From the IMG/VR virus record IMGVR_UViG_3300027791_000007, positions 1 through 64,000 of that record: a stretch of 64,000 nucleotides of DNA; one strand, 5' to 3'. The position numbers and the translations under genes are program-made. This DNA is from a virus. Under the pieces are notes generated by a model, which was not told the DNA's origin, made no database searches, and saw only the letters and a list, made by a program, of their open reading frames with translations. Below, piece by piece: positions 29,433-39,017 of the stretch; the stretch's first letter is position 1; the number at the start of each line of letters is the position of its first letter.

Positions 29433-29725
29433 ATTTTACTCCATCCAGCATTATCACACTTGTATTTAGTTGTACCGATAAGAACCATATCTCCAACCAT
29501 AGTGCTTCTACAAGCTTTACCATCAAACATTTTTTCTACGTTAGTGTTTTCCCACCAACCACAATCAATATTATTTGTCAACATAAATGCTTCTTCTAAT
29601 TTATCTTCATCAGTCTTTTCTTTATCAACATAAACAAAAGCAACTACTGTATTGTCATGGATGACGCTCACTCTTTCAAGCTTGCTCTTTTCATAGTTTT
29701 CTAACAGTGCATCAATTTTTGTCAC
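29429..29725 (-). CDS. conserved phage early protein
   Basis: LEEAFMLTNNID..W...RSTMVGD...GW motif; follows TTGACA promoter at about 29774-29779. Confidence 0.7.
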   Translation of the reverse strand: MTKIDALLENYEKSKLERVSVIHDNTVVAFVYVDKEKTDEDKLEEAFMLTNNIDCGWWENTNVEKMFDGKACRSTMVGDMVLIGTTKYKCDNAGWSKI

Positions 29726-29940
29726 ATACTTATCCTCTCAATTAAGATTAATATTAACACATAGGAGGGCTGTTGTCAAGTAAAAAATGAAAAATGTTTG
29801 TATTTAGTGGTGGATATCACCCATTTTTCATCTCGAAAGCACCAAAGCTTTACCAATCCACTCTCCTCTTGTGTTTACCCCCCTTTTGAACGAGTCTTAC
29901 TCTGCTTCTTAGGCCACGTTTGTGTGGGGGGGCCGACCTT

Positions 29941-30216
29941 CTATACGGGCATGCCCGTAATTCCAAAACCACCATTTTCTTCGGGCGTTGTAAGGACAAC
30001 ATTTGCCTCTTCAGGCGTTGCAAAGTAGTCTGTGAACCTATCAAATGGTTCAACAATAAATTGTGACCCATCATTAAAAAGATCAGTCTTACAGACCTTA
30101 CCGACATACCAACCAGCGGCAGATGCCATCACGATTGGCGCAGAAACTAACATTTCTTCACCATACACACTAACTGTGTTGAACTCGATATCTTCTATTT
30201 TATTTTGAAATTGCAT
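29941..30216 (-). CDS. hypothetical protein
   Basis: SAAGWYVG...EPFDR.TDYFATPEEA motif; GGAG RBS. Confidence 0.7.
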   Translation of the reverse strand: MQFQNKIEDIEFNTVSVYGEEMLVSAPIVMASAAGWYVGKVCKTDLFNDGSQFIVEPFDRFTDYFATPEEANVVLTTPEENGGFGITGMPV

Positions 30217-30231
30217 TATATTCTCCCTAAA

Positions 30232-30468
30232 TTAACTAATATTCCATTTGACTTGAAGTTTACCAGATTTTAAACAATCTGAAAGATATTTGACGTAGTT
30301 TGCAGCAGCATACTTCTCATCAGATGCACCCTCTGTAATTTGAAAAAAGGCATCTCCCAACGATACTGCCATATTTTTCTCTGCAACACCAAAATCCATA
30401 ATGTATTGCCCACCATATTCGATATGCATCTTTTTATCTCTCCACTCTTGTCCAAACAGTATACTCAT
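30232..30468 (-). CDS. hypothetical protein
   Basis: Translationally coupled 78 aa ORF. Confidence 0.6.
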   Translation of the reverse strand: MSILFGQEWRDKKMHIEYGGQYIMDFGVAEKNMAVSLGDAFFQITEGASDEKYAAANYVKYLSDCLKSGKLQVKWNIS

Positions 30469-30656
30469 TATTGTGTCAACCCCTTCTCATTCATTAAATC
30501 TCTAACCATAATCATTCTCTTTTCAAGCATCACCCAAACTTTTTCGTTTGTTTCCATCATCATCATCTGTGGTAACACACGAGCAAGTCTCTTGATTGAT
30601 TCTGGATTATCCTTGATATTCCTTTTTAGTGCGGCAACTGAAACTGGTTTACTCAT
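30468..30656 (-). CDS. hypothetical protein
   Basis: Probable start MSKPVSV overlapping the upstream stop. Confidence 0.55.
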   Translation of the reverse strand: MSKPVSVAALKRNIKDNPESIKRLARVLPQMMMMETNEKVWVMLEKRMIMVRDLMNEKGLTQ

Positions 30657-30955
30657 TATCCTGCTACTCCATTTACTTCCCAATTAAACACGGCAATTGC
30701 ATCATTCCAAAGTGTCATTGCATCTTCATCATTTGCAAAACCTTCTTCACTTGCAAAATCCATTGAAGAACCACCACTAACACTCTCTGCAATACCCTTT
30801 GTCTTTAAGGCATATGCAATCATCTCTGGAGTCTTACCCCATGCAACCAACTCACCGACTTCTGTACCATACATCTGAATACCACCGTTATGAGCATTGA
30901 TATATCTAATAGGGTTCTTTTTGTCCGTGGTATCTTGCATTTCAAATGTTTTCAT
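30656..30955 (-). CDS. hypothetical protein
   Basis: First ORF after an early promoter cassette; GGSSMDFASEEGF motif. Confidence 0.7.
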   Translation of the reverse strand: MKTFEMQDTTDKKNPIRYINAHNGGIQMYGTEVGELVAWGKTPEMIAYALKTKGIAESVSGGSSMDFASEEGFANDEDAMTLWNDAIAVFNWEVNGVAG

Positions 30956-31020
30956 AATTATTTCTCTCTCTCTTGTTTCAACTCATCTTACTTAATAAAT
31001 ATACAACACTTTTTGGGCAA

Positions 31021-31551
31021 AGTCAACCCCCTTTCTGTAATCGTTGCTCACTAAGGGTTACAGAGACTTGTGTATTTTAAAGATTTTAGGATTATTGCGA
31101 ATCGGGCGAATCACCCTATTCATACTAGTTAAATGCAATCAACATTAACAACAGACTATTCAATGAGAATCCTATTGCATTTGATACGATATACAATGTA
31201 TCCTTAGCATATATTGCTCTTATAAGGAATAGAAACAATCCTAACCATACGAGGAATATAAAGTTCAATGGTGGTAGATCAGTTGACCAACCCATTAATA
31301 CTGATACTGATGTAGGAGCAGTCGCACCATGAATAAGTATCATACCTATCCACCCACAAGCCTCACTCATCTTGTTTGATTTAATCTTTTTAGTTTTCAT
31401 AATAAATCCTTTCTTTCTCAATTTATACCTTATTATACCAAGTATTAATCGAAAAGTCAAGGGCCCTTCTGTAATCGTTGCTGACTATACGTTACAGAGA
31501 ATATGAATTTATGATGTTTTGTTGTTTATGAAAGAGTTGCGAATCACCCTA
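31021..31551 (-). repeat. duplicated about 100-nt promoter-associated element (31021-31118 and 31455-31551)
   Basis: Both copies have AGTCAA (-35), CTGTAATCGTTGCT..ACTA..GTTACAGAGA and GCGAATCACCCTA. Confidence 0.75.
31125..31400 (-). CDS. small 3-TM membrane protein, SemiSWEET/PQ-loop-like
   Basis: GWIG...P...LVWLGLFLFLI.AI..KD.LYIVSNAIG; three hydrophobic helices. Confidence 0.5.
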   Translation of the reverse strand: MKTKKIKSNKMSEACGWIGMILIHGATAPTSVSVLMGWSTDLPPLNFIFLVWLGLFLFLIRAIYAKDTLYIVSNAIGFSLNSLLLMLIAFN

Positions 31552-31746
31552 GACCTACAGTGTAAAATCCACAGTGCCTTGTTTATCTTATGTTGTTTGA
31601 TTAATTTCTCTAATTGGTAAATTATCGTATTCATATCTCTACTCCTTTCGTTACCAAAAGTTTTGAGCGTTCCTTCAGCGATATGCCTACTTCCGTCTGT
31701 ACGAATAGATGAACGATACAATTATTTATGTATTATCCGCTTGATA

Positions 31747-32409
31747 TTATCGGCGCTTAAGTTCTAATTCTCTTGCAATCCATGCTTTACCCCTAGTATT
31801 TCTTAGTTTCTGTCTAGTTAATGCACGAACTCTTTTGATTGCTTGACCCATAATATCCTCATCTTTACTATTGTTATCTACAATAACAAAGTTGCCCCTA
31901 AAGAAGTTTTGAAACCTACCTATGTTTTTTTGTACATTGTTCCATGAAGTGGTTACAATAGATGTTGGTACACTTCTTGATCTTTCTGCATTTCTTTGTA
32001 GTGCAACATCAAGAGATGTATTGACAAATATCATAAATGTATCGTATCCTAGAGTCTCTAGTGTCCTTGCCTGTCCAGAGATTTTATCATAATCGTGTCC
32101 AGTTCCGTCAATCACAAGTCCTAGTCTACCTTCTACATAGTTATCTTGTCTCTTCTTAGTGATTTCTTTTGATCTATCTCTAATTTTATCTCTAGGTTCT
32201 GCTTCTCTATCAGGCATTTTTAGAGAAAGGCCAGCGTCTTTGAGTTTTTTCTCAAAAACCTCGTCTGAATTTACAACCTTTAAACCCATACCACCAGTGG
32301 TTCTTTTTACAACATAAGATTTACCACTACCTGGCCCTCCTGCTAAAAAGAATGCTTTAAGTATATTGGGATCGTAAACTCCTTCTTGTAGTTCTTTGTA
32401 TGATTTCAT
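31747..32409 (-). CDS. P-loop kinase (AAA_33/zeta-like), probable head-packaged protein
   Basis: FLAGGPGSGKS, VIDGTG, RNAERSRSVP; N-terminus MKSYKELQE resembles the T4 capsid-targeting sequence. Confidence 0.8.
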   Translation of the reverse strand: MKSYKELQEGVYDPNILKAFFLAGGPGSGKSYVVKRTTGGMGLKVVNSDEVFEKKLKDAGLSLKMPDREAEPRDKIRDRSKEITKKRQDNYVEGRLGLVIDGTGHDYDKISGQARTLETLGYDTFMIFVNTSLDVALQRNAERSRSVPTSIVTTSWNNVQKNIGRFQNFFRGNFVIVDNNSKDEDIMGQAIKRVRALTRQKLRNTRGKAWIARELELKRR

Positions 32410-32594
32410 GTTTAACCCTATCAATAGTTTTCAGCTGATATTTATCTTCTTCTGAAAGTGGTTCAAGTGTTCTGTCTCTATTTAAGAATTTGGATCTGTT
32501 TCTCATATTGGCTCTTGTCTTTACGTTCATGAGTATTTCCCTCTTTTTCTATTATGATTGAAGCATAACAAATGTACTATTGAATCCCCCCCTT

Positions 32595-34025
32595 CTAAGT
32601 GTAAAATTGATTATTAGTCAAACCTTGAGTGCCTGTCTCAAAATCATCTACCTCACCTACAATTTTTATAGGTGATTCAAATGAGTCTTTTGCAAGTCTC
32701 ATTAGGATTGAGTGACTATTTGACATGTTTGAAAAAGTGTGTCGTAATGTAGTTACTAAGTATCTACCTTTGTAATATGGATTAATCTCTTCGCCTGTAT
32801 GGTTTCTACCTTGAATAGGCATGTCAAACTCTACAATATCTCCACACGAAAGGTGGCTTTGTCCAATTATCTGTAAATTGACAGAAGCACCTTGGTTCAG
32901 TTCTATAATCTTAGAACGTCTTGCTAAAGTAGAATCGTGAGATCTGTCGTTAGAGTACAAGAAACCCTCTCCATATTTAGCACCCTCTTTAATGTAGGAT
33001 GCATCTATATTTATATCTTTTGGACTCGCTGAAATGGGTGTAAGTTTAATACTTGCCTCTGGAAAATCACTTATTTTATTATCCCCATCAACCAATGAAT
33101 CTGGATATATTGGATTATCATTAGAAGTTGCATCAAAATTAATTCTCTTGTGTTTCTTAAAATCCTCAAGGTAATTGAATGTTTGTTTGTTATATTTTTT
33201 CTGAAATATGTCATGTTGTAGTAGTGTACTTGCCATCATACCATTTCTATAAGCAGTTACAGTATCAGAAATTGCACCTTGTTCAAAACTAGTAACTCTT
33301 TTTAGTTCTTTTTCGATATTAGGTGATTTAGCATTATCATCCTTACTTTGAGTACCGGCCTCAGCAGCAAAAAATGATTGTTTGCTATCTTGAGAATACA
33401 TACTCTGTAGACTTCTAAAATGTATACCTTTAGTATTTTCATAGAACACATAGTGTGGGGAATTACCTTCTTCGGATATTGCTTCAGCAGCAAGTCTCTG
33501 TAGAAATTCATAAGGTCTTTGATTGGGAACTATTACATTTCTATTACCCATAGATGGTTCAATAAAAAGGTCTCTTTTTGTTCTTACTTCATTCCTCAAT
33601 ATTTTTTCTGCAATCTCTGAACATGTTCCAGTGTATGCATTAGATACTCTCATCCTATGGTTTCTTAGTGCATCCTTTGTTATAACAGATATTTCTACAA
33701 GATTTGCCTTACCACCCATCTCTTGTTTAGTACCTATTCTATATACTATAAGTGGTGAGTTCGTAAAGTCAATATTCTGTCCTTTACCATCAAGCCCTGG
33801 CGTAGAGATTTTAAGTGTAATATAGTCATGTCCAGTAATAGGTAGATTTAAGTCTAGAGCATTTGTATCGTTGATTGTGATACTTCCAGACATTTGTTTT
33901 TCAAAAATGTTCTCAAACAAATCTACAGTAATAAGTAACTTACTTATATCAGTTACATTACCACTAGCAGTATGTAACTTAGCCTCTTCAACTTTAAACT
34001 CACCAGCAAAATTAATTCCAGCCAT
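32595..34025 (-). CDS. baseplate hub / tail protein (gp27-like)
   Basis: Downstream of gp53; FYEN..GIHFRSL, GDIV.F, KGRYLV..LRH motifs of phage hub proteins. Confidence 0.65.
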   Translation of the reverse strand: MAGINFAGEFKVEEAKLHTASGNVTDISKLLITVDLFENIFEKQMSGSITINDTNALDLNLPITGHDYITLKISTPGLDGKGQNIDFTNSPLIVYRIGTKQEMGGKANLVEISVITKDALRNHRMRVSNAYTGTCSEIAEKILRNEVRTKRDLFIEPSMGNRNVIVPNQRPYEFLQRLAAEAISEEGNSPHYVFYENTKGIHFRSLQSMYSQDSKQSFFAAEAGTQSKDDNAKSPNIEKELKRVTSFEQGAISDTVTAYRNGMMASTLLQHDIFQKKYNKQTFNYLEDFKKHKRINFDATSNDNPIYPDSLVDGDNKISDFPEASIKLTPISASPKDINIDASYIKEGAKYGEGFLYSNDRSHDSTLARRSKIIELNQGASVNLQIIGQSHLSCGDIVEFDMPIQGRNHTGEEINPYYKGRYLVTTLRHTFSNMSNSHSILMRLAKDSFESPIKIVGEVDDFETGTQGLTNNQFYT

Positions 34026-34549
34026 TATATCACCGACTCACTTATTCTTGTTTTAAATTCATCTACAAAGTCTGGAACAAATTTAGGGTCGAGTAATCTA
34101 ATACTACGTTTAGTGTCTTGTTTCTTTTCTTCATATTCAAAGTTAGTTATAGGTGTTGCATTAGGATATGTATCTAAATCATTTACCTCTATGTTTACTG
34201 TTGTTTTGCCAGATGTTTGTGCTATTTCATAATGGTGTATAGAGTTTGGGTTTACATACTTATCTTTTACATATGCTTGGAATTGTGGGGTAGTCATAGG
34301 CCATCCATGATATCTATCTGTAATATTGTTCATCAATAAAATAACCCAATGTAACTCTGGATCATCGTAAAACTTATCAGCAAGAATTTCTGGTGAATCA
34401 CCCTCTTTGATATCATATGTATCAAACATTGCAGAGTTAGTGGATACTTTTGACCTTATGGCAACTCTTCTCAAAAGATTAGTCACATCTTTTAAATTAC
34501 CATTACCTTCATTGTCATAGGGTATTACTGGAAATGAATTAAAATACAT
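34025..34549 (-). CDS. gp53: baseplate wedge subunit gp53
   Basis: MYFNSFP, YDIKEGDSPEILADKFYDDPELHWVILLMNNI, IHHYE, KRSIRLL. Confidence 0.92.
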   Translation of the reverse strand: MYFNSFPVIPYDNEGNGNLKDVTNLLRRVAIRSKVSTNSAMFDTYDIKEGDSPEILADKFYDDPELHWVILLMNNITDRYHGWPMTTPQFQAYVKDKYVNPNSIHHYEIAQTSGKTTVNIEVNDLDTYPNATPITNFEYEEKKQDTKRSIRLLDPKFVPDFVDEFKTRISESVI

Positions 34550-34557
34550 CTTCTCTC

Positions 34558-34863
34558 CTAAACTGCAAAACTCTCACCACATCCACACGATGCAGTAGCA
34601 TTTGGGTTAATAACTTTTAAATAAGAACCACCTAACTCTTTTACATAATCTACTGTACAACCTATAACATACATTTCTGCTATAGGGTCTAGAACTAGTA
34701 AATCATCAATAGGTTTACCCCATTTGACATCAGGCCAGTTTTTCTTAAAATCCCAGACATATTGAAATCCAGAACAACCACCCCCATTAACACCTAAAGT
34801 GATGTGGTCATTTTCTTTAATACTAGTGAGATATTCTTTTGCATTATCTGTAAGTGTAACCAT
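34558..34863 (-). CDS. iscA: A-type Fe-S carrier (IscA/HesB/ErpA family)
   Basis: GGGCSGFQY and NPNATASCGCGESF. Confidence 0.92.
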   Translation of the reverse strand: MVTLTDNAKEYLTSIKENDHITLGVNGGGCSGFQYVWDFKKNWPDVKWGKPIDDLLVLDPIAEMYVIGCTVDYVKELGGSYLKVINPNATASCGCGESFAV

Positions 34864-34865
34864 AA

Positions 34866-36083
34866 TTAGAATCCTTCGTGTACTCTTTCTCTGGTGATAA
34901 GTTCTAGTTCTCTAAAACTCAATGTTATGCTGGTCTCCACTGGTGGAGCACCATCTTCTTTTGCAGTAAATGTTTTATATCTACTTCCACCTTGTGATAC
35001 TTGTAAATCTTCTAATACGCATGTAGATATCTTATGTAGGTAATCATTCTCTTTACCATTATACATATACTCTATATCAAATGTATTAGGCATTATCATC
35101 TCTCGCCCATTTCTAACACCATCTTTAAACTCTGGTAACATGTTTGATTTAAAAGCAAATATAATTTTGCGTATTTCTTCTGATTCTTTGTCGTTTCTTG
35201 GTATCATCTTGAATGTATACTGAAAGGCTCTTTTATCAATACCTTTAAATGCAAGTTCCATTCTGTCTGATTGAATAAATCCTTGAGCAATCTCAAATGC
35301 TTCTGTTGCACCACCCATACCAGGCAATGCACCTACCATTGAAAGTATAGTACCCTTTACACCCTCTTTTAATGCTTGTCCACCTCTATTAATCGCCGTT
35401 TTCATAGAACTTTCAGCACCCCTTCCAGCCATAACAGAAGAATATACATCCATTGCGGCTGCAGTTCCACCACCAATTGGAGTATCGGAATACTGTGATT
35501 TATATGATACTTGTACTTGTGGAGGCATGTACAATGCAATTGCTGTATCTAATCTTGTTGTTGGTGGTCTCTTTAAAAATACTGTAGAACCAGAAGTTTT
35601 TTTTGCACCGACACGGCTTGTCGCTGGTTTGATGTTAGTGTTTCGGTTTGGAGGCCCACCAGCAAGTGGGATATCAGCGTGTACTTGTTTCTGTACTTCG
35701 TTTGATTGTTTTGTATCAGTCTTGCCAGAACCATCTGGTAGCATTTCTTTAATGTATTTTGGAATATTTCTACTCTTCTCTTCTCTCTTCATTTGGGCTG
35801 AACCAGATTCTGGCGTTCCAAATTTCAATTTAGCGTTTGACTGTTGATTGACATAAAAGATCATGTAATGTCCATGATTACCCAATCCAGGCGCTGCTGT
35901 AACATCTATCGGAAATGCATACATCTTCGGTGATTTCGCTTTTCGGTTTAGTCCAGCGAAATCAGAGCTATCCCCACCTCTACCAGATATAATACCAGCA
36001 AGGCCTGGTAAGTTGCCAGATACTTTTCTTAATGTTTTTTTGAGCGTTGAAACTGCTCTTGATCTACTAAAATCTATTGCCAT
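34866..36083 (-). CDS. gp48: baseplate tail-tube cap gp48
   Basis: IALYMP, ELAFKG..KRAFQYTFKMIPRN, LSFRELELITRE. Confidence 0.85.
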   Translation of the reverse strand: MAIDFSRSRAVSTLKKTLRKVSGNLPGLAGIISGRGGDSSDFAGLNRKAKSPKMYAFPIDVTAAPGLGNHGHYMIFYVNQQSNAKLKFGTPESGSAQMKREEKSRNIPKYIKEMLPDGSGKTDTKQSNEVQKQVHADIPLAGGPPNRNTNIKPATSRVGAKKTSGSTVFLKRPPTTRLDTAIALYMPPQVQVSYKSQYSDTPIGGGTAAAMDVYSSVMAGRGAESSMKTAINRGGQALKEGVKGTILSMVGALPGMGGATEAFEIAQGFIQSDRMELAFKGIDKRAFQYTFKMIPRNDKESEEIRKIIFAFKSNMLPEFKDGVRNGREMIMPNTFDIEYMYNGKENDYLHKISTCVLEDLQVSQGGSRYKTFTAKEDGAPPVETSITLSFRELELITRERVHEGF

Positions 36084-36091
36084 GTCTACCC

Positions 36092-36123
36092 CTAAATAGT
36101 TCGGAAGGTTATAACTATTTATA
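36092..36123. promoter_or_regulatory. back-to-back late promoters for gp4 (+) and gp48 (-)
   Basis: CTAAATA on + near 36092; TATAAATA on - at 36116-36123. Confidence 0.6.
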
Positions 36124-36570
36124 ATGGCTTACAAAGGAAAATACCAACTAAAGAACACTCACAAGTATATTGGCAATCCTATGAATGTGGTATACCGTTC
36201 CCTTTGGGAGCGTAAGTTCATGGTATATGCTGATAATAGTAATAACATTCTAGAATGGGGAAGTGAAGAACACATAATTCCCTATGTATCTCCGTGGGAT
36301 GGAAGGAAACATAGATATTTTCCAGATTTCTACATTAAGGCAAAACAAACAGATGGTTCTATTAAGAAGTTTATTATTGAAATTAAACCAAAAAACCAGT
36401 GTAGTCCACCAGAAAAGAAACCTGCTCGAAAGACAAAAGCATGGTATAATAAGGTAAAAACATGGGGTATTAATCAGGCAAAATGGCGTTATGCAAATGA
36501 GTATTGTCTGGATAGGAATTGGGAATTTAAAATACTAACAGAAGAACATCTAGGAATAAGGTATAAATAG
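36124..36570 (+). CDS. gp4: head completion nuclease gp4
   Basis: YRSLWERKFM, WGSEE, HRYFPDF, EIKP, NQAKW. Confidence 0.93.
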   Translation: MAYKGKYQLKNTHKYIGNPMNVVYRSLWERKFMVYADNSNNILEWGSEEHIIPYVSPWDGRKHRYFPDFYIKAKQTDGSIKKFIIEIKPKNQCSPPEKKPARKTKAWYNKVKTWGINQAKWRYANEYCLDRNWEFKILTEEHLGIRYK

Positions 36571-36574
36571 TAGT

Positions 36575-36982
36575 ATGTATGAGTATAAATGTAAAATATT
36601 AAGAGTTGTAGATGGCGACACAGTAGATGTTGACATTGATTTAGGTTTCGGTATGTGGATGCACAAAGAACGAATTAGACTATATGGTATTGATACACCA
36701 GAGTCTAGAACCAGAGATTTAGAAGAAAAAAGGTATGGGAATATAGCAAAAGAAGTAGTCAAGTCTCATATGCCCGTTGGTTCTACACAAACACTAATTA
36801 CAGAAAAAGATAAGTCTGGAAAATATGGTAGAATACTTGGTAAGTTCAGATTAGAAGATGGTAGTATCCTTAACGACTTCATGATTGAAAAACATTATGC
36901 AGTTGCATATCATGGACAATCAAAAGATGACGTTGAATCAGAACACCTTGAAAATAGAAAGAAATTAGATGGCAGTATCTAA
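36575..36982 (+). CDS. thermonuclease (SNase-like)
   Basis: VVDGDTVDVDIDLGF, RIRLYGIDTPESRT, GKYGRILG; late promoter TATAAATA at 36562-36569. Confidence 0.88.
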   Translation: MYEYKCKILRVVDGDTVDVDIDLGFGMWMHKERIRLYGIDTPESRTRDLEEKRYGNIAKEVVKSHMPVGSTQTLITEKDKSGKYGRILGKFRLEDGSILNDFMIEKHYAVAYHGQSKDDVESEHLENRKKLDGSI

Positions 36983-37526
36983 GTACATTAAAGCAGTTCA
37001 AGACGCGGCAAAAGGTCGTCCAAAGTCTACTGATTGGTATAGAGAAAAAATAAAAGAGTTTGGCACACCAACCACTATGGACTTAATCAGAGATGGTAAA
37101 AGGTCAACCAGACCACACTTTGGGCGTTTAAATATGTTTATCTATTCACCTAGAGATGCAAAGAAGTTGCCCTACTATGATACATTCCCTTTAGTTCTAC
37201 CGTTAGAACTATATAGTGATGGATTTTTAGGTATCAACTTTCACTATCTACCAATACCACTTAGAATAAGATTGCTTGATAGAATAGTAGACTTTAGTAG
37301 TAATACATTGTTTAATGAAAAAACTATACTAAATGTCACATATAATAAAGTAAAAGGTATTAGATTAGTCAAACCAACTATACATAAATACTTGGCAGGA
37401 TATACAAAAAGTCAATTCAGAAGAATTGATGCAGATGAATTAACTGTAGCAACTCTACTGCCAGTGCAAAGATTTAAGAAAGCCTCTGCAGCAGCAGTCT
37501 GGTCAGATTCAAGAAAGATGGTATAA
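36969..37526 (+). CDS. gp2: DNA end protector protein gp2
   Basis: LPYYDTFPLV, GFLGINFHYLP, VWSDSRK. Confidence 0.92.
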   Translation: MAVSKYIKAVQDAAKGRPKSTDWYREKIKEFGTPTTMDLIRDGKRSTRPHFGRLNMFIYSPRDAKKLPYYDTFPLVLPLELYSDGFLGINFHYLPIPLRIRLLDRIVDFSSNTLFNEKTILNVTYNKVKGIRLVKPTIHKYLAGYTKSQFRRIDADELTVATLLPVQRFKKASAAAVWSDSRKMV

Positions 37527-38257
37527 TGAGTATTGCAAAAGATATACTAAGACAATTAGGTGTTGTATCAGATGACATTGAAAGCGCAGCCGCTGGGTTT
37601 CGTAACGATGGTGTTGCACAACCTAACAAGTTTGAAGTAATTCTATCATGTCCAACTGGAACTAGAGGTTCACAGACAGGCGGCAATGCACTAGATAACG
37701 TATTTTCCCTACTTATGGGTAAAGTTAATAGTGATGGAACAGCAAGAGCAACTGGATTGAGATGTTCACAAATATCTTTTCCAGGCAGAACTCTTGATAC
37801 CGAAGCAGACACAAACATATATGGCCCGACAAGAGAAATTGTTCAAGGATATAGTTATCCAGAAGTAACAGGCACTTTTCAGTGTGGCCCAGATATGAAA
37901 GAAAAACAATTATTTGAGAGTTGGCAAAGACTCGCATATAATCCACAGACTTGGTCTATGGGATACTACGATGACTACGTTGGTAGTGTCACTATATACC
38001 AATTAAACAATTTGAACGCCAGAACATATGGCATTGAATTAGTTGATGCATTTCCAAAACAAATTGCAGAACAAGCTTTGGACTATGCAACCAATGACTC
38101 CTTTCACACTGTAGGTGTAACATTCTCCTATAGATATTGGAAGTCTTTAAATTCTGAAAGTTCATTGCCTGCACCAATAGAAGAAATGCTTGAATCAATT
38201 GGTGTTGATACAGTGAGAAGGACGAATTTGAAAAACGTAGCATTTACGAAAAGATAA
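37526..38257 (+). CDS. tail tube initiator gp54-like (gp19 fold)
   Basis: NKFEV, C..ISFPGR, FESWQ, YYDDYV, AFPK, VTFSYRYW. Confidence 0.75.
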   Translation: MSIAKDILRQLGVVSDDIESAAAGFRNDGVAQPNKFEVILSCPTGTRGSQTGGNALDNVFSLLMGKVNSDGTARATGLRCSQISFPGRTLDTEADTNIYGPTREIVQGYSYPEVTGTFQCGPDMKEKQLFESWQRLAYNPQTWSMGYYDDYVGSVTIYQLNNLNARTYGIELVDAFPKQIAEQALDYATNDSFHTVGVTFSYRYWKSLNSESSLPAPIEEMLESIGVDTVRRTNLKNVAFTKR

Positions 38258-38277
38258 TTAATAAAGGATGAATAATT

Positions 38278-38982
38278 ATGGCACTACCAAGACTAGATAC
38301 CCCTACCTATGAAATAACAATTCCTAGTTCAGGCGTAATAACAAAATACCGTCCATTCTTAGTCAAAGAACAAAAAGTTCTTATGATGGCACAAGAGAGT
38401 GACGATGTAGGCAATATAGCAAATACAATTACTGAATTAGTTGCATCTTGTACCGATGGTGGTATTGATGCACAGAGACAACCAGTATTTGATATTGAAT
38501 ACTTGTTTATGAAAATTCGTGCAAAATCAGTTGGGGAAACTGCTAAAGTATCTGTACTTTGCCCAGATGATGGAAAGACAAAAGTTTCAATTGATATTAA
38601 ACTAGATGAAATTGAAACTCAAATGTTTGATGAACACACAAATGTTGTTTCTATAACAGATAAAATTAACCTTATTATGAGATACCCTACACTAAAGGAT
38701 TATGCAAAATATTCCACTGGTGGGGATGCAACAATGATGTTTGAGATGATTAATCATTGTATTAATGAAATGCATTTTGATGATAAGATTTACAAAAGAG
38801 TTGATGTATCAGATAAAGAGGTACAAGAATTTGTTGATCAGATGAATACACAACAATTTCAAGCAGTAGTTGGTTTCTTTGAAACTATGCCTAGACTTAG
38901 ACATGAAATTACGGTAGTCAATCCAAAGACTAAAGTAGAATCTACTGTGCTATTGGAGGGGCTGCAAAGTTTTTTAGGGTAA
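38278..38982 (+). CDS. gp26: baseplate hub assembly protein gp26
   Basis: MALPRL.TPTY, YRPFLVKEQKVL, FDIEYLF.KIRAKSVGE, FFETMP.L.H, LEGLQSF. Confidence 0.92.
   Translation: MALPRLDTPTYEITIPSSGVITKYRPFLVKEQKVLMMAQESDDVGNIANTITELVASCTDGGIDAQRQPVFDIEYLFMKIRAKSVGETAKVSVLCPDDGKTKVSIDIKLDEIETQMFDEHTNVVSITDKINLIMRYPTLKDYAKYSTGGDATMMFEMINHCINEMHFDDKIYKRVDVSDKEVQEFVDQMNTQQFQAVVGFFETMPRLRHEITVVNPKTKVESTVLLEGLQSFLG
38970..38979 (+). other. candidate -1 ribosomal frameshift site T TTT TTA GGG
   Basis: X XXY YYZ heptamer in the correct gp26 frame; the -1 frame is open into gp51. Confidence 0.7.
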
Positions 38983-39017
38983 TCCTTTCTCATGAAACAC
39001 TAGAAAACTATTACAAG

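Noticed and set aside
31509-31721. 70-aa ORF in the track
   Set aside because: It overlaps the repeated regulatory element and has no RBS or motifs; probably spurious.
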